NCBI GenBank assembly: GCA_973895155.1
Contig: OZ316898.1
Coordinates: 6,249,079 to 6,313,078, forward strand
Reading direction: 5' to 3'
Source of the DNA: Marsupella aquatica
Lineage: Eukaryota; Plantae; Marchantiophyta
Length of the DNA: 64,000 nucleotides
In this document: positions 1-14,182 of the stretch, one piece after another
Numbering within the stretch: position 1 is the stretch's first letter
Layout of the letters: each line of letters begins with the position of its first letter
The notes under the pieces: model-generated
Seen by the model: the letters and a program-made list of their open reading frames with translations, nothing else
Told to the model about the DNA's origin: nothing
Database searches by the model: none
Made by a program: the position numbers and the translations under genes

Positions 1-260
1 GCTTGGCTTGGCTCGGCTCGGCACGGCTGGGCTGGCTGGGGCTGGGCAGGGTGGCCGACAGTGCGACTGCGGAGCATGACGCTGGCATGACGTGCGCAGC
101 ATGGCCTGTCAACGAGGGACTCGCTCCCCTCAACGCCATGCCTGCCTGCCTGCGCTTGCCTGGAAACCTGGAATGCCTGCCTGCCGTGCTAACCTTGCTC
201 GCTTGCCTTGCCGGCTTCCTGCCTGCCTGCCTCCCTGCCTGCCTGCGCCAGTCCACGTCG
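1..260. repeat. GC-rich low-complexity tract (GCTGG/GCTCG and GCCT short repeats)
   Basis: gcttggcttgggctcggctcgg... and several (gcct)n runs; the overlapping ORFs are low-complexity artefacts. Confidence 0.6.
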
Positions 261-1238
261 CATTGACGGCCATCCTGAATCCGTCTTCCACTCTTCCGCC
301 TCGGTTGAGACCCACTCAGCCATCACTGCCACCCTTTTTTTAGTCCCCAAAACTCCTTATTAGATTCCACCCGTATTCACCAGTTTTGGCCACTAGCCAA
401 ATTCGGGCTGATGGGGTCTCTGGCTAAGTGAGAAACCCAAACGGCCAAACCAAGATGGACTGCCACGTTGAAAGCAGTTAATGACAAAAACAAGCACAGT
501 AGCCAAATCGCCATATACACTCCCCTAGGGTGCCATTTTATTTCCCAATTTCAGGACAAGGATACTATTTATGGTGGATCCAGGTCTCATCATGACTAGT
601 GGTAGTTTAAATCTAGCTGCTGTAGAAGGATCTGATCATAAGGAATTGGTGACGAAATATTCCTAGCCTCCTTTACACACGGTGACATTATTCATTAAAT
701 TTTAATTTATGAAAATTATGTAGTCTTGTCACAAAAGGGGACATTAACCACCTGTGGAAAAAGACCTTGAAAATTAATCCGCCCTGTAATTCTACACAAC
801 TCATTCCTTTGTATCCACTTTCCGTCCATTACCCTCAGACTTCTGTTGTCCGTTGTCCCTCTTTTCGTCTATCCCTGCTGTCTGCTGCGTGTACGTGATG
901 GGCATAGCTAGAGTAGAATCTTGTCAACAAATTCAATTAATAGCAAGAATGACACCGGCAAAGCCAACTGGTATGTCATTATCAAAGTGAAACGCCTTTC
1001 CCGCCCATTTTTAAATTTCTTTGACCCAACTAAATGAAATCAGTTGTAATGGGATCTCAAAACTAGAATTAAAGTCTACTACGCTTTTATCCCTCATTCT
1101 AGGTTTTTGGGGGTTTGCATTCTTCTTTTGCGTTTGGTAGTTATATATCCTCGCTGGAACTCTTTTGCATTTATTTCACTGTACTTGTTTGGCCCCTTTT
1201 TTTGTAAATGAGTCCTTTTTCTATAAAAGTAAAGTGTA

Positions 1239-1263
1239 AAGCTAAGCTAAGCTAAGCTAAGCT
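1239..1263. repeat. (AAGCT)5 microsatellite
   Basis: aagctaagctaagctaagctaagct read directly. Confidence 0.9.
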
Positions 1264-1439
1264 GTGTGCCTAGGGTCTCGAGTGAAGTCTGACTCAGGGG
1301 GTGAGGAAGCAGGGTAGGGGGGCTGGGGACTATTGAAGAGTGACTTGGGAAAGGTTCATCCCAAGCGAAGGCTAATATGTTCAATTTTTTACCATTCAAA
1401 CCAAGTGTTAGTAGTTGTGATGGGATCTCTAAACTAGGG

Positions 1440-1660
1440 CCTGTGTCTCAAGGTAGAATAATCCGTAACAATCAAGACCAGATTCTCAAGATACAACCAA
1501 ATTGTGGAACTCTGTATCCCAATGTAGGATAATTCAAAATATCAAGACTAGATTCTCAAGATACAACAAAAATGTGGAATTGAGATTGTATCCCAAGGTA
1601 AGACAATCCAGAATAATAACCTCAGATTCTCAAAACATACAACAAGATTATGGAACTGGG
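1440..1660. repeat. degenerate tandem repeat, about 3 copies of ~70 bp
   Basis: Core agattctcaa(g/a)a(t/c)acaac...tggaa recurs near 1480, 1550 and 1625. Confidence 0.65.
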
Positions 1661-2744
1661 ATAGTAAAACTTATAAGCTCGAGCCTGAGGGAGGGTGAAG
1701 GAGGTTGCAGGTAGTCAAGGAGGAAGACTGAGAAAATAATTACTTAATTCCTCTCTTGTGATCAAAGCATTCGTTGATCACGGGGTTCATTTAATTTAAT
1801 TTTTGGCCCAATGAAAACAAAACCCTACGGGTCCTTGAAAAGTTTAAAAGATCTTTACATGCGTTGACTCATTTGAACTCTTTTGGCTTTGAAAACGCTA
1901 TCATCCTAATTTGCATCACATTATATATATTTGTCGTGTAGTTAGCGCTAACGAAAAGTGCATTTTCCAAATGATATTTTATAGAGAAGCCAATGATCTA
2001 CACTCAAGCACAGAATGCACTAAGACTGTAAGACATGATAGACTGTACCACCATGGCTTACCAAAATTGATACTGTACTGTATACTTAAATCGTCTTTAA
2101 ATATATAGATCCACATTACACTTACATTGATTACTCTGTCCCGTCCCACAAAGTCACAAAGATACTGTTAGCATAATCATAATGTCACCCTGGTGACAAT
2201 AACTCTCCTACCATCCTCAAGTCCACCATTAGGGTATCGCAAACCAGTTGTTTTCAAAAACATTTAACCATTGTAGGAAATGACGTGTACAACCCTGACC
2301 AAATCACTAATATTTGTGCAAATTTAACTTAGAGGGGTTTCTAGTTGAGACGGGGCATAATACCCGCCCACAGGTTAGCTCATTATCATTAAAATTTTGA
2401 ATTTGGGTTATTTTCTGAAAGGCACTGACGCATTTGCATAGACTGGGTGTCGATGGGGTCGCCGTGCACTGATCACCCGAGTTAGTGGTGATAGCATTTT
2501 TGGGGAACTTCAGATTCCAATACTAAAACCTCCATGGAAATGCAGGTAAAACCTCCATGGAACAGCAGTAAACCTCCATGGCAATATATTTTTAAGGGTT
2601 TTTTCTTTATTTGCCAGTGTGGTAAATGTCAGCTTGAAGGAGAAGATGCTAGTAATATATCTTTTTGATCTTCATAAATATTTTTCCAGCCAATTGATCT
2701 CCCTAGATTTAAAGGTGACCCTTAGATTCTAGCTAATGGGGTCA

Positions 2745-3215
2745 GAGGCTAGGGTGGGAAACTGGTTTACTCCAAACCAAGCATTTTTTTTGGTCAAAAC
2801 TAGCTAGAAGTGTTTGGAGAGGTGGAATCTAGCTTATTCTCGCCACTTAAAAATACGCTGCTTCATGGAACAGCAAATTCCAGATGCCCTATTTGTGCGT
2901 CCACCCATAGGTCTGTTCATCTATATTTCATCGCCATGCCTACATCCATCCATCCATCCCTGGAGCCCACCTTCTCCCTTCAATCTGGCTAAGGGGGTCT
3001 GGGGCTAGCTGAGGTGTGAAACTGGCTTTGGAAATATAAAACCTAGCCAATTTTTGCCAAAAGTGGCCCAACTTTTTGGAGAGCTGGAATAGAGCTAATA
3101 TTTGCCACTAAAAAATAGGCTGCTCCATGGAACAGCAAGTTTCAGATGCCCTATTTGTGCGTCCATCCATAGGTCTGTTCATCTATAATCCCATCCCTGG
3201 AATCCACCTTCTCTT
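2745..3215. repeat. local direct duplication (~260-bp unit) upstream of TTL
   Basis: gctgct(t/c)catggaacagcaa..cagatgccctatttgtgcgtcca.ccataggtctgttcatctata occurs at ~2857-2925 and ~3118-3187. Confidence 0.8.
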
Positions 3216-5011
3216 CTGACTGCCTTTGTTTGTTCCCTCTAGAGCCTCTTTTCCTTTCCATTCCTTTCCTTGGTGCCTCTTTATTCCAGCCCGGTAATCT
3301 GATTTGATGCTCGCTCGCACGCAGCTAGCTGATGGGCTAGCTACCATAGCTATTGCTAGCTCACAGCCAGCAAGCAAACACCATGACATCGAGCAGACAG
3401 CACGTAGGATCCAGGATGACAACTCTGAGAGTCATTAACGCCCACCTTTCCTCCTCTTTCTTTCCCTGCATCAAGAGCAGACAGCACGCAGCATCCAGGA
3501 TGACACCTCTGATTCATTAACGCCTCCTCTTCTTTACCTGCACAGTACTTCCCCTCATCGCACTCCTCTCCCCTGCTCTATCCCCACAGTTGGAACCTTC
3601 CCCCCGGCCAGCTGCTCCCCCCCCCCCCCCCTCTCTTCCTTCATTCCCCTCTCACATGCATTTGCCCACTTCTTTCGATTGCTTTGGGATCGACATCCCT
3701 CCTCAGACACGAGCTCCTGAGCTCCTCTCTTCTCCTCCACCTCTACTCCTCCACCTGCACTCCTCCCGTCTCCCCTCACATTCTGCTGCAGGGAAGCTCT
3801 CGAAAGACATCAGATTCTACTACTGTGAGTCTGCTCCATTCAATCTGAGATAGCACAGCACACCGCCAATGCAGCTGATCTCTTCCTTCCTCTTCTTATC
3901 TAATCCACTTCAGTAAATCTCCTTGCTCCCACTCTGTTGCTGGATCGTTTGTGGAGTTTTAGGATCTTTATTCCTAATGGCATTGCTTCAAATTTTGTCT
4001 GACAGAGGTGCAGATTTTCTCTGCGGTTCGGTCTAGCATTCGGTGAAAGCTTTGAGCGGCGCAAGCCGACGGCACTTCACATCAAACTGCAGAGCACATT
4101 GACCGAAATAGAAAGCTCAATCCGTCCTGCTGGATTGATTGCCTTGTTCGTCCAAGTCACTTACTATTTTTTTGTTGGGATTTTGGTTCGGAAGAGAATC
4201 CGTCCATTCATCCGTTCAGCATTTTGTCTGCCTGCACCATTCCGATCCCGTGGAAGTGATTACTTATCTTTCAACTCCTCCCCTGTGCTACCGATAATTC
4301 GCACCCAGCTCAAGATACATTGGTTTTGTTCGACATGTATGTATTCTTCCGTGCTTCAAATGCATCGGTCACGATTGCGAACTGCCATTGTGGCTGCGTG
4401 CATGCTGCTGCTGCCGCTGCTGCTGAGAGGACTGTAGCCTAATGCGTCGGAGAGTGTAATCCACTCCAGTTCTTGGACTGAACTCGATTGGCAATCCCTT
4501 GCGTCCGGAACGCCAGGCTGGTTGATCTCCTTCTAAGAGTCAATAGCTTGTAGCTCACTCTCCTGAACCCCTTTCGATTGGCGAAGAAGTGACGCTTTAC
4601 GTTTGACTTCCGCATTCGGATCCCTTGTGGTTAACATTTCTCTGAGTGCCATCCACAAGGCATTCCCAACGCTGAGGAGCAGGGAGACTGAAAGGGATTT
4701 GTCATTTGAACCGAGGCGTGGTCTCTGCTTTGGGGTCTTTCTTCTCCTTTACACCATTACTCCGTTGTCACATTCGCACACTCGAGATTCTTCCACTCTC
4801 ATCTTGATCACTGCACAAGGTGATTGAGGGACTGTACATTGATACTGGAAGCGGTTGTTTCACGGTTCTCCCTTTATCTAATCTTCTCAGGTGCAATCTC
4901 TGACTGAGAGAGGTACGTGTGTTTTCTGTCTAAGTCTTGACCAGAAGCTTGTTCATATTCGAGAAATTCGATCCTTCCGGAATACAGAATTCCTCGCATT
5001 GCATACGCGAG

Positions 5012-8000
5012 ATGGCCCAATGCCAGGCAGACGTGAAGAAGCATGGTAGCACTCGATTCGACTTGTACGGTGGCATTTTCAGCGGACAACTGTATGGGGC
5101 CACCATCTGGAATGGTCACGTGGACCCCATGCCGAGTTGCCAGAGCTACCACAACGCTGCCGACTACAACAATGTCGTCAACAACCGTGTGAATGGCGTG
5201 GAGAATTTGGCTCAGGAAAATCAATCCAAGGACCGATTTCGACAAGGCAGTGGTATGACAGCAGCTGGGGGCTTGAAGTCCGAATCTTCTAACGGATACG
5301 GGTATGGGGCAAATTCGGGAGGATATGGAAAGGATCGACGTAAGTCTACTGGAGGGATTGTGGGTCAGAGTCCAGTTTTTACCACCCCGGAAGTCAGTCC
5401 GGTCCAGGCCAATAAAGGAGGCATTCCAAGTGTTGCAAATAGGAATCTGCTGAGTGCGAAGGAACCCAGTCGCAAAAGTAGTGGAGAGGTCTTAAATGCA
5501 GGTACGCCACCATTCCACAATCAAAGTCGCAAAAGCAGTGGAGAGCTCTTGACTGCAGGGACGTCACCTTTCCACAACCAAAGTCGCAAAAGCAGTGGAG
5601 AGCTCTTGACTGCAGGGACGCCACCGTTCCACAACCAAAGTCGCAAAAGCAGTGGAGAGCTCTTGACTGCAGGGACTTCACCTTTCCACAACCACAGTCG
5701 CAAAAGCAGTGGAGACCTTTCTAATGACATGGTCCACGTGAAGGGAATTCATGCGGATGGGTTCGCTTTTGGTGAGATCATCAAGGGTGTGGGTAACTTG
5801 TGTGACGAGTCTTCCAGTGTAGGTCTCAAATCGTCAGATTTGGATTCCGCTAGCGCGAGCAGCAAAGGCCGGAGCACCAGAGCAGAAAGTCCGAAATCCA
5901 TTGGCAGCAGCTCCAGTGGCGGAAGTTCGTCTGGTGGCAGTCCCAGTCGCGGGAGGATTGTAAATTTTGGGAACATTCTTCCACACGGAGGGCCTGTGAA
6001 GACTGGCACGTCTCCCACCAGTAATCCGGCTGCTTCCATCAGTGGCAGGGGAGTCCATAGCAATGGTGCAAGTGGGCATGCACCAGTTCCCATCCCAACT
6101 TCAGGTTCTCTCAAGGGTAGTCGGAGATCCAACTCCTGGGACTCACACGGCTCAGCAACTCAAACGGCTGTTCATGGTAGAAGTGGATCTGAGCCTGGGT
6201 ACGGTGGACCATTCACCGGGGGTAATGTGGGAATTAGTCCGAGAAATTCTCTGTCGACGAGCCCAAGTGGCTCAGCTTATGTTTCACCTCAGTGCTCTGT
6301 CAACCTCAAGGCTGGACGGGTAAGCGAGAACCTGGCGATTAGAAACGTCCTCGCTAGCATGGATCCAGAGGTCGTGAAGAACGCTGGGAACGATCAGTAC
6401 AAGAAAGGATATTTTACTGAGGCTCTGAATTTGTATGACAAGGCTATCTCTTTGGCACCTGAGAAAGCTGCCTATCGGAGCAATCGAGCAGCTGCTTTGA
6501 CAGGGCTAGGGCGGCTTCCCGAGGCAGTTCAAGAGTGCCTACATGCAATCCGTCTCGATCCCTCGTATTCTCGCGCTCATCATCGGTTGGGCACCTTGTA
6601 TCTTAGGTACGAAATGTGATTTTCTTTCGTTGTCTCGCTTTGCTCCTCACTTCTGTCCTTGGAATCTCATTCGTACGATTACAAAGCAGAGTCGGATTGT
6701 GAATTGCCATTCGCATTATCTATTGTTGCTTGCTTGCTCTGACGGAAAAAAGACAGAGCTCGAGCAAACAGCCTAGCACCCAATGTAGCAGGATTCATTA
6801 AAAGTACTGCTTTGCCTATCTGTTTCCGCTCTAAGTTGTTCCGCTTTAAGATGAGAAAAAGCTGTGCGTACAGGTTGTATGAATTTGCGGGGTGAAAATC
6901 CCTGTGGAGGCTGGTTGCTGTAATTATGGTTAGCTAGTAGAGTTTAAAAGTTCAAATGTCTGAAAAGAAATGTAGGCACAATCCGAATGCCGAACATTGA
7001 TCGGGGAGGAGACAAACAGTTCAAATTTACTGAGTGATAAAATGGCGTGATTCAGGTTGGGCCAGGTAGACAATGCCACAAAACACTTCAGGGCGGCAGG
7101 TTCGCAGACGGAGTGGGCAGATACCCAACGGAGTCTGGCGATTGAGAAGCATCTCTGGAAGTGCAAGGATGCTAGGAAGGCACAGGACTGGCAAACAGTA
7201 GTAAGAGAAACCGATGCGTCAATAATAGCAGGAGCAGACTGTTCTCCTCTGGTACAATACTAGGCTCTTTCCCAGATTTACTTACACTGTCAATTCTACT
7301 ATAGTTTATGTCTGTCTCGCCTTGGTGTTTGCGAACGCAATACAGTATGGATGTGTGAAGTCATGTGAAAAAGTGTGTAAATTCTCGTCGTGTACTTTTT
7401 GCAGGTAATGGCTTACAAGGCTGAGGCACTGTTGAAGCTTCACAAACCAGAAGAGGCGGACGCCGCGATATCCAACTTTCACAGATTCGAGGATACGTTG
7501 AAGCGGACATCCCTTGCACAGATTTATAGTATGGTCCTTCTCGTACAGGCGCAAGTTGACATGGCTCTCGGAAGGTATTGTGTTAGCTGATCTTTGAGCG
7601 GCTCTGAATTCGTCAAGTATTGTGCAATCCCTGAAACTTCTCATTTCTCACTTCTTTCGAGAAAATCCGATTGCCCTTAGTGGGAGCTGACAGCTGTTAT
7701 GCGCTACATTGCCAGATTTGATAATGCAGTCGCAGCAGCTGAGAAGGCGTCACAGTGGGCACCAAATGACACGACAGCGACTGTTCTACTGAGAAAGGCA
7801 AAGACAGTTGCGAGGGCAAGGAAAGTTGGCAATGATCTTTTCAAAGCGGGAAAGTTTTCAGAGGCAGTGATAGCCTACGGAGAAGGGTTAGAGAGTGCTC
7901 CCACAAATGCGGTATTGTTGTGCAACCGTGCAGCATGCCGATCAAAACTGAGTCAATGGGAGAAGGCTGTTGAAGATAGCAATGCAGCATTAGAAGAGCA

Positions 8001-9100
8001 ACCGAACTATACTAAAGCTCTCTTAAGACGAGCGCAGTCATTTGCAAAGGTGGGTAGTAGATGAGATATGGCACAAGTGAAATGCACGGTGGACTACTTT
8101 GCATCGTTGTGGTGAATGGGTAAATATGCTTGACGATAGATTCAGGTTGGGCGTGCATGAAAATGCAGTGGTCTTACTCTTTCTCAACCTTTCGTTTGCA
8201 GTTGGAGCGTTGGGAAGATGCTTGTAGGGACTATGAAATCTTAAGGAGAGAGTGCCCCGGGGATGCGGAAGTAGCCCGCGCTCTATTTGATTCTCGAATT
8301 TCTCTGAAGAGATCCAAGGGTGAAGATACTAACAAGATTCGGAGATTCGGAGGGGCTGTCGTGGAGATTACCGCAAACGATCAGTATCAAGAAGCGATTA
8401 CTGCACCAGGTTTGTTGACCTGGCCTATGATTCCACCTGACATTGAGCTGTTGAATTTCAAGCTCAGTTCTTTTTCTGCCGACTACTTTTGCTCTTCGCC
8501 CCTATTATTTTATCAGGTCTTGCAATTGTAGATACAACACTACGGTCATGATGAAGAATATCTCATTCTTCATCACTTGTCCTATCAGGATTGGCAGTAG
8601 TTCAGTTCAGTACAAGATGGAGTGAGCGATGCAGAGAAATGACGCCCTTGGTGGAAGACCTTTGCAAACGATATCTCTCCATAACTTTCATAAAGGTACT
8701 TCGGTCTTACTATACAAGTCTTACTAGGGTATAATTCATCCGGTAGAAGTTCTGAATACGTTATCTTCCTAATAGCTGTGAATTGTCATTCATTTCTCAT
8801 CGTAAAATCCAGCCTCTCAGCATCGTGCCATTAGAGAATCTGTGAGCATTTCTATCTGTTATGCGATTCGCAATGTGCAATCTCGATGATTCTTGGGGAA
8901 AAGCTCATGACAATGTTCAATTCTCTCCTCTGTTCCAGGTGGACGTCGACGACCAGCCTTATCTATCGAAATCAGAAAATGTGAGTTTTGTGCCCACTTT
9001 CAAAATATATAAGAATGGTTCAAAAATTAAGGAGCTCGCTGGACCGACCCACGAAGATCTAGAGCGGGCTGTACAGCCGTTCAGCTCTCACAGCGCCTAA
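5012..9100 (+). CDS. TTL: TPR repeat-containing thioredoxin-like protein (TTL family); coding exons 5012-6606, 7056-7251, 7405-7574, 7716-8049, 8202-8409, 8589-8695, 8939-9100
   Basis: Long Ser/Gly-rich N-terminus, then TTL-type TPRs (MDPEVVKNAGNDQYKKG..AYRSNRAAALTGLGRL..RAHHRLG; GNDLFKAGKFSEA..LLCNRAAC), then a C-terminal thioredoxin-like domain (degenerate WSERC; FIKVDVDD..VPTFKIYKNG). All introns are GT-AG and the junction phases are consistent. The start ATG is inferred. Confidence 0.93.
5468..5717 (+). repeat. 57-bp in-frame coding tandem repeat (4 copies plus a partial) in TTL exon 1
   Basis: Units start at 5468, 5525, 5582, 5639 and 5696 and encode SRKSSGE(L/V)L(T/N)AGT(P/S)PFHN(Q/H). 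Confidence 0.95.
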
Positions 9101-11959
9101 TTGGCAATAAATGTTTAGAAAATAAGTGAGCCTTATGCTTGCCATTGATGCTAAATTTTTTAAAGTCTTTCAGACTTATTGTAGATGTAGTTCCGGCTGA
9201 GTAAACAAAATGCTTTAGGATGGAATACCTGATTCGTACAAGCTGTCACAAAAGTATAGTGGATGTAGTGTAGACTAGATCCCTGATCCAACAGGATAGC
9301 AAAACTAGGAACCTCAATTGTAAATGTGCAGTGTAGCTAAGCACACTTGTGAGAGTCAATTGCTCCACAAGAAGCTGCTTGTAGAAATTTGATCTCGCGT
9401 GTATGTTCAACGACGGCACTGTTTCTGTGGCAAGAGGAATTGGGCTTCTGCAAAGATGAGTAGGCTTTTGCATTGTCTACCGGGGGTATGAAACCTCCTT
9501 TATAGTGGTCCATTTCTACTGTGCCAAGAGGTGTGGCCTTCTTGGAGTGGGATCTGTACATTCTCTACCATTTTCTCGTGCAATTGCAATCTTGAAATGG
9601 CAACATTTCCAATTTCAACTCATTCAAATTTCTTCTTGTGAGGCCCATTGATATGCATTTTCAACATCATTCACTTGGATGAATCAGTGACAAACGGGAG
9701 CCTGAATTTCCGTTATGCCCCAGGATTTCAACTGATGATGCGATGCTCATATCCAGATCTCAGAATTACAAGAAACCATCTCTTCAGAAGGGAGCTCTTG
9801 CCTACAGATGAATCTTAGTAACGGGAGCCTTAATTGTGCTTGACATAGTAATTTGATGTCCGTGACGAATCAGTCTTTCATGGAGATGTCGGAAAGCAAC
9901 CGAACGGAGAGACGGTAGTGGGGGTTTCATCTGGCTAAGCCCAGCATCCTCTCTTCAATTGCAGTTGGTAAGACGCAATAAATTTGGTTATACAATTTGA
10001 TTCTTGAAACGTTACTCTCTCTGCTAATACTCAAGAGAGAGAATACCGGGCCAAGGAATAATCCTCTCTTGACGACATTCCATTTAAAAGCGCACAGCAT
10101 TAAGTTCTAAACCTGAAACGACCGGCAGACATGATTAAGTCGCCAATACTTAGATGGGCCTGCAATTTTGCAAATTGGCAGTAAAGATGGTCAATCAATA
10201 GTGAATATAACCGTCCGCCCCAGGTTCAATAGAGTGAAAGGCCTTCAGACAACCCACTGGCACACCCATTAGAAGTTATGCCTGCCATGGATATATGGTG
10301 TTTCTGTGTTCTCCATTCAATTCTGTACATGGTCATACGATTCGATTCGGACTTCAACTTCGTTTCCACGTCTGTACAACTCGGATCTCCGCGTTTTTAT
10401 GTCTGCTAAGTGATTTTGGTCGGAATTCAATTCCAGATCTGCTCAACTGCGAAGCGGTGCACTGCAATTACTCTGGAGAATTACTATGCAGAATCCACCA
10501 GAGTAATAAGAGTCTCTGCAATCAGAAGTGAAAGTGAAAGTGAAAGATACCAGAAACGCAAACCATTGTAGAGAAATTCAGACAGCCACGGTTGGTCATC
10601 ATCTCCTTGCAAATGCAAACTTGGCATCGATGGAGTAATTGCTGGCTTTATCGGCATTCAATCGTTCTGCGTGCTTGCATGCAGATGCAGGCAAGCAGCA
10701 AGCCCTTTTTCAAGTGGAGAACAGAGAGTAGTACTGCACCGGTTCGGCTAACGGCAACGTAGTGTAGGTTGCACACTAGCTTCCTACACGGCAATATATA
10801 CTCCAACCCTAGGCTCCTACTTGCTGCTGATCCGAATTCTCGATGCCACACGATGCATACCAGGCCGAAAGGTGAGGAAGGATTGGCTACGGTACGCTGG
10901 AATTCTTGCTGTCTGGCTCTCTGACTTCGAAATACCTTCTAATCATTTCCCCCACTTTTGACTCTGTTCCTTGCATTCCGTGTGTTCTGAGGGAGAAGCT
11001 GTTTGCGTGCTTCCTCAATCGTCCTGCATTGTTAAGAGGGGCCGCTTCTCAGCTTATCTGAGTGAAGATACGTGCGAAGGCAAGAAGATTGAAAGCTGTG
11101 AGCTCATAAAAAAACTTTACCTGGAGAACTTCCGGGTTGAAAAGAAGAAGAAGAAGTTTACCTGGAGAAATTAATGCATCGTGGCAGTCAGAGAGCACGG
11201 TACCGAAATTACTGACAGTCAGAGCTCGTCACCGTAACACCGTTATAGCGTGGAAGGAGGGATTGTATCAACTCTCAACAAACTTCATTATCCTATGCTC
11301 CTGCTGATGTACTTTCCACCCGAGGCCCATCAGGTCAGCTCTGCTCTTCCCAATCGGCCGAACTCTGTACTCTAGGTGACGGACAGACAGAACTCTGGAC
11401 GTGTGGATAGAGTACCACAGGAGGGTCTGTCAACGGATCTTTACAACTCTGCCGACACGGTACATAGTGGACGGATGATTCTTCTGGCATGGTGGGCAGA
11501 GGTCACGCCTATCATTCTTCTGTCTGGCATAGTAATCACACACACTCCATCACTCGTCAATGAGGTGGCAGGAATCACTGCCTGGACGAGGTCTCTGCAC
11601 CATACTAATGATTCACGTACTCTCTTTACTCAGTTCCTACATTCAATTCAGGACCTTACAGAAGACGTGTGGTTGATCTCCGTCTGCACCAACACCACCA
11701 CACCGCTGACTGTCACACTGCTCAGATTGCTCAATGTACTCTCCAGCTCATGATCACTGAAGAGTAGATGGATTCGAAGTCATCGGTTGCCTCTTGCTGA
11801 AGGGAGCTCTGGCATTTACTAGTGGAAAGCCTTTTGTGTTGACTGGGTGGTGACCAAAATGAAGAAAGTCATGTCCAACCCATTGACTTGGTGACCAGAC
11901 CCACTAACTAAATTCCAAAAAGTCATATCCAGCTCATTCACTGGAACTATGATGGATTT

Positions 11960-12367
11960 CCGGGCAGTGGATTGTTTGGTTACTATATCTGTATTTGGGA
12001 GACATCCAATTTTCAGGCACTAATGTAGGTTGTTTGGTTACTAGATTTGGCTCTGCCACAAGATTAAATTTTTGGGCAGTGGGTTTATTGGTTATTGAAT
12101 CTGTATTTGGGAGACATCTAATTTTCAGGCACTTGGTTTTTTGGTTATCTAGATTCCGGGAGACATTGAATGTTTAGGCAGTGGACTTTTTGGTTCGTAC
12201 TGGATGTGTATTTGGGAGACATTGGATTTGGAGGCACTGGGTTTTTTGGTTACTTTATCTGGATTTTGAGAGGCAATTAATTTTGAGGCAGTGGGTTTTT
12301 TGGTTAGTGCCACTTTGAACGGGAGACATGGGATTTTCAGGCAATGGGTTTTCTGGTTATTTAATCT
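11960..12367. repeat. degenerate ~60-bp minisatellite; resumes at 19884-19935 after the LTR element
   Basis: Recurring ggca(g/c)tggg(t)nggtta and tctgtatttgggagacat; the unit ggttatttAATCTgtatttgggagacatggg is split at the AATCT TSD. Confidence 0.8.
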
Positions 12368-12509
12368 TGTTGAGGAATGATGCGGGAAATGATAATGAGA
12401 TTCCTCTCTATAGAATGAATGGGTGCATCTCTTTATATAGTCTCCGTCCGAGTTATCCTATATGGTAACTATGGTTAAGGTAACCATGGAGTCTAGTTAG
12501 GGTATTACA
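12368..12509 (-). repeat. 3' LTR (142 bp)
   Basis: tgttgaggaatg...gggtattaca, identical by eye to 19742-19883. Confidence 0.95.
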
Positions 12510-14074
12510 CTTCCCCTTGGCTATATAGTGATAACTATGTAGACAAAAAGTCTTCTAACTAGATTATCATACTTATAAACACGACATGATTTGAGTACAA
12601 ATGAGGAAGGTACTGCCTCGTTAAAACCTTTAACAACTCTAAAAAACTCTATCAGGGTAACAGAGAAAAAATAAAATATCTCGGCTCTAAAGGAAAAAGA
12701 GTACAGCCCTGTCGGTCCTCAAGTGAATCCGGTGGTATGTGGAGTTAACAGCAACAACTCCACTTCGTCAAAATGAACAAGTTGTCGTATGCTCAACGAC
12801 TCAACAACAATGCGACATGTCTCCAAATCGCTCACCATCGCGCATACATCCGCGCATACATCCTCGCATCGAATACAAATTAAAACATATATGAAAAAAT
12901 GATTAGTAATTAAGTTATTATCATAAAATCACTTGTCCGTGGCTCATCTGCGCAAAGTGTAAAGTATAATAATAAATAATGTCATCTCGTGCAACTGAGT
13001 GCATAAAGTATGGGATGTAAAAAGTCCGAAAAATATAATCTCCCCCTCAAAACAAGGTTTCGAGGAATATATTATTCTCATAAAACTCAAATATCGAAAC
13101 TCTCCCTTAGAGTTCAAGGACTCCTAATTAGATTCTTAAATAGAGGGTTCTTGTGCAAAATGCACAATTCGCAAGCGTGTGTAGTCGACACACAAAGAAA
13201 TCTCTCAATCTTAGATTTCAAAAACATGTAGTATCAAATAGTTTTTATGTGAAAAATAATCTGCAGCACCAAAGGGTGTGCATTCACAACACCAGCGGGT
13301 GTGTGTATAATATGGCACGTCTACAGTTCTCATATTTTGACAAAAAGTGTCAAGTCAATATAACTTCACAAATAACCCTGTGGAATCCAAACATTCAGTC
13401 TAACGTCCATGTGTGTCATAGCATAGAGAAATGCTAGCTCAAAATGATTCGCTACCTTGCGGAGGTAAAGTGATATTCATAAACGTCAAACAACTCCGCA
13501 TAAAAATAGTTTAGAGCTAGTGATAGTCAAAAGATCCCACTTAATGACCAAGTACCAAAATGTACTCGTAGTGGGTAAATCAAGTGTGATTGGGGTTTGA
13601 GAAAATAAACTTTCTCCCCCTAAATATGCATTTTATGCATATATTATAGTTGAAAGCTAGAATTAAGTTGGACCGGACAAAGTTATGGGGTTTGCCCATA
13701 TTAACCCCTCATTACTGTGACGCCGCCGGTACGGTGAGTAATGAGAAATTCGGTCTAAACCGTGCCTAGCACGCGCGTTAGGGGTATCTTAGGCCGCTAT
13801 GATTAGCATAACGACAGTATTTAGGTAGCCATTATGAGTAGGAAATCATTAGTCAATAAGGGGAATTCATGTTCAGGCTGGCGGCGCGTCGCCATTCGCA
13901 CGCCCGGGTTACGAGCGTGGAGGGGCCCCTCCCTCGGGTCCGTATAACGAACTTCGGGAGGCGTCCACTGACACGCGGTGACTCAGACCGGCGGAGTGGC
14001 CGGTACACTACAAGCGTGAACGGTTTAGCCTATAGGCAGCGAGGAGATGTCGGGGGATCGGCAAGCCCTCAAGG

Positions 14075-14082
14075 TATAAAAA
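14075..14082 (+). promoter_or_regulatory. putative TATA box of the 4-kb element
   Basis: ggTATAAAAAggg about 100 bp upstream of ATG 14183, followed by a pyrimidine-rich leader. Confidence 0.5.
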
Positions 14083-14182
14083 GGGAGCCGACCCTTTGGA
14101 GTGCACCAGTCCATCAGTCCACGCGCCAGCTTCGACCCCAGCTCTCTCGTTCGCTCTAAGTCGCCACTACTATCTCCTCTGA

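Noticed and set aside
4874-6323. Antisense and alternate-frame ORFs over TTL exon 1 (likewise over VEP1 and the retroelement genes)
   Set aside because: Shadow ORFs of real coding sequence.
10295-11760. Possible small gene or lncRNA (ORF 11376-11753 and splice-like signals)
   Set aside because: No recognisable protein motif or consistent exon chain; cannot be supported without transcripts.
11960-12367. Repeat-spacer-like pattern resembling a CRISPR array
   Set aside because: Units are degenerate, the spacers are related to each other, there are no cas genes and the context is eukaryotic; it is a minisatellite.
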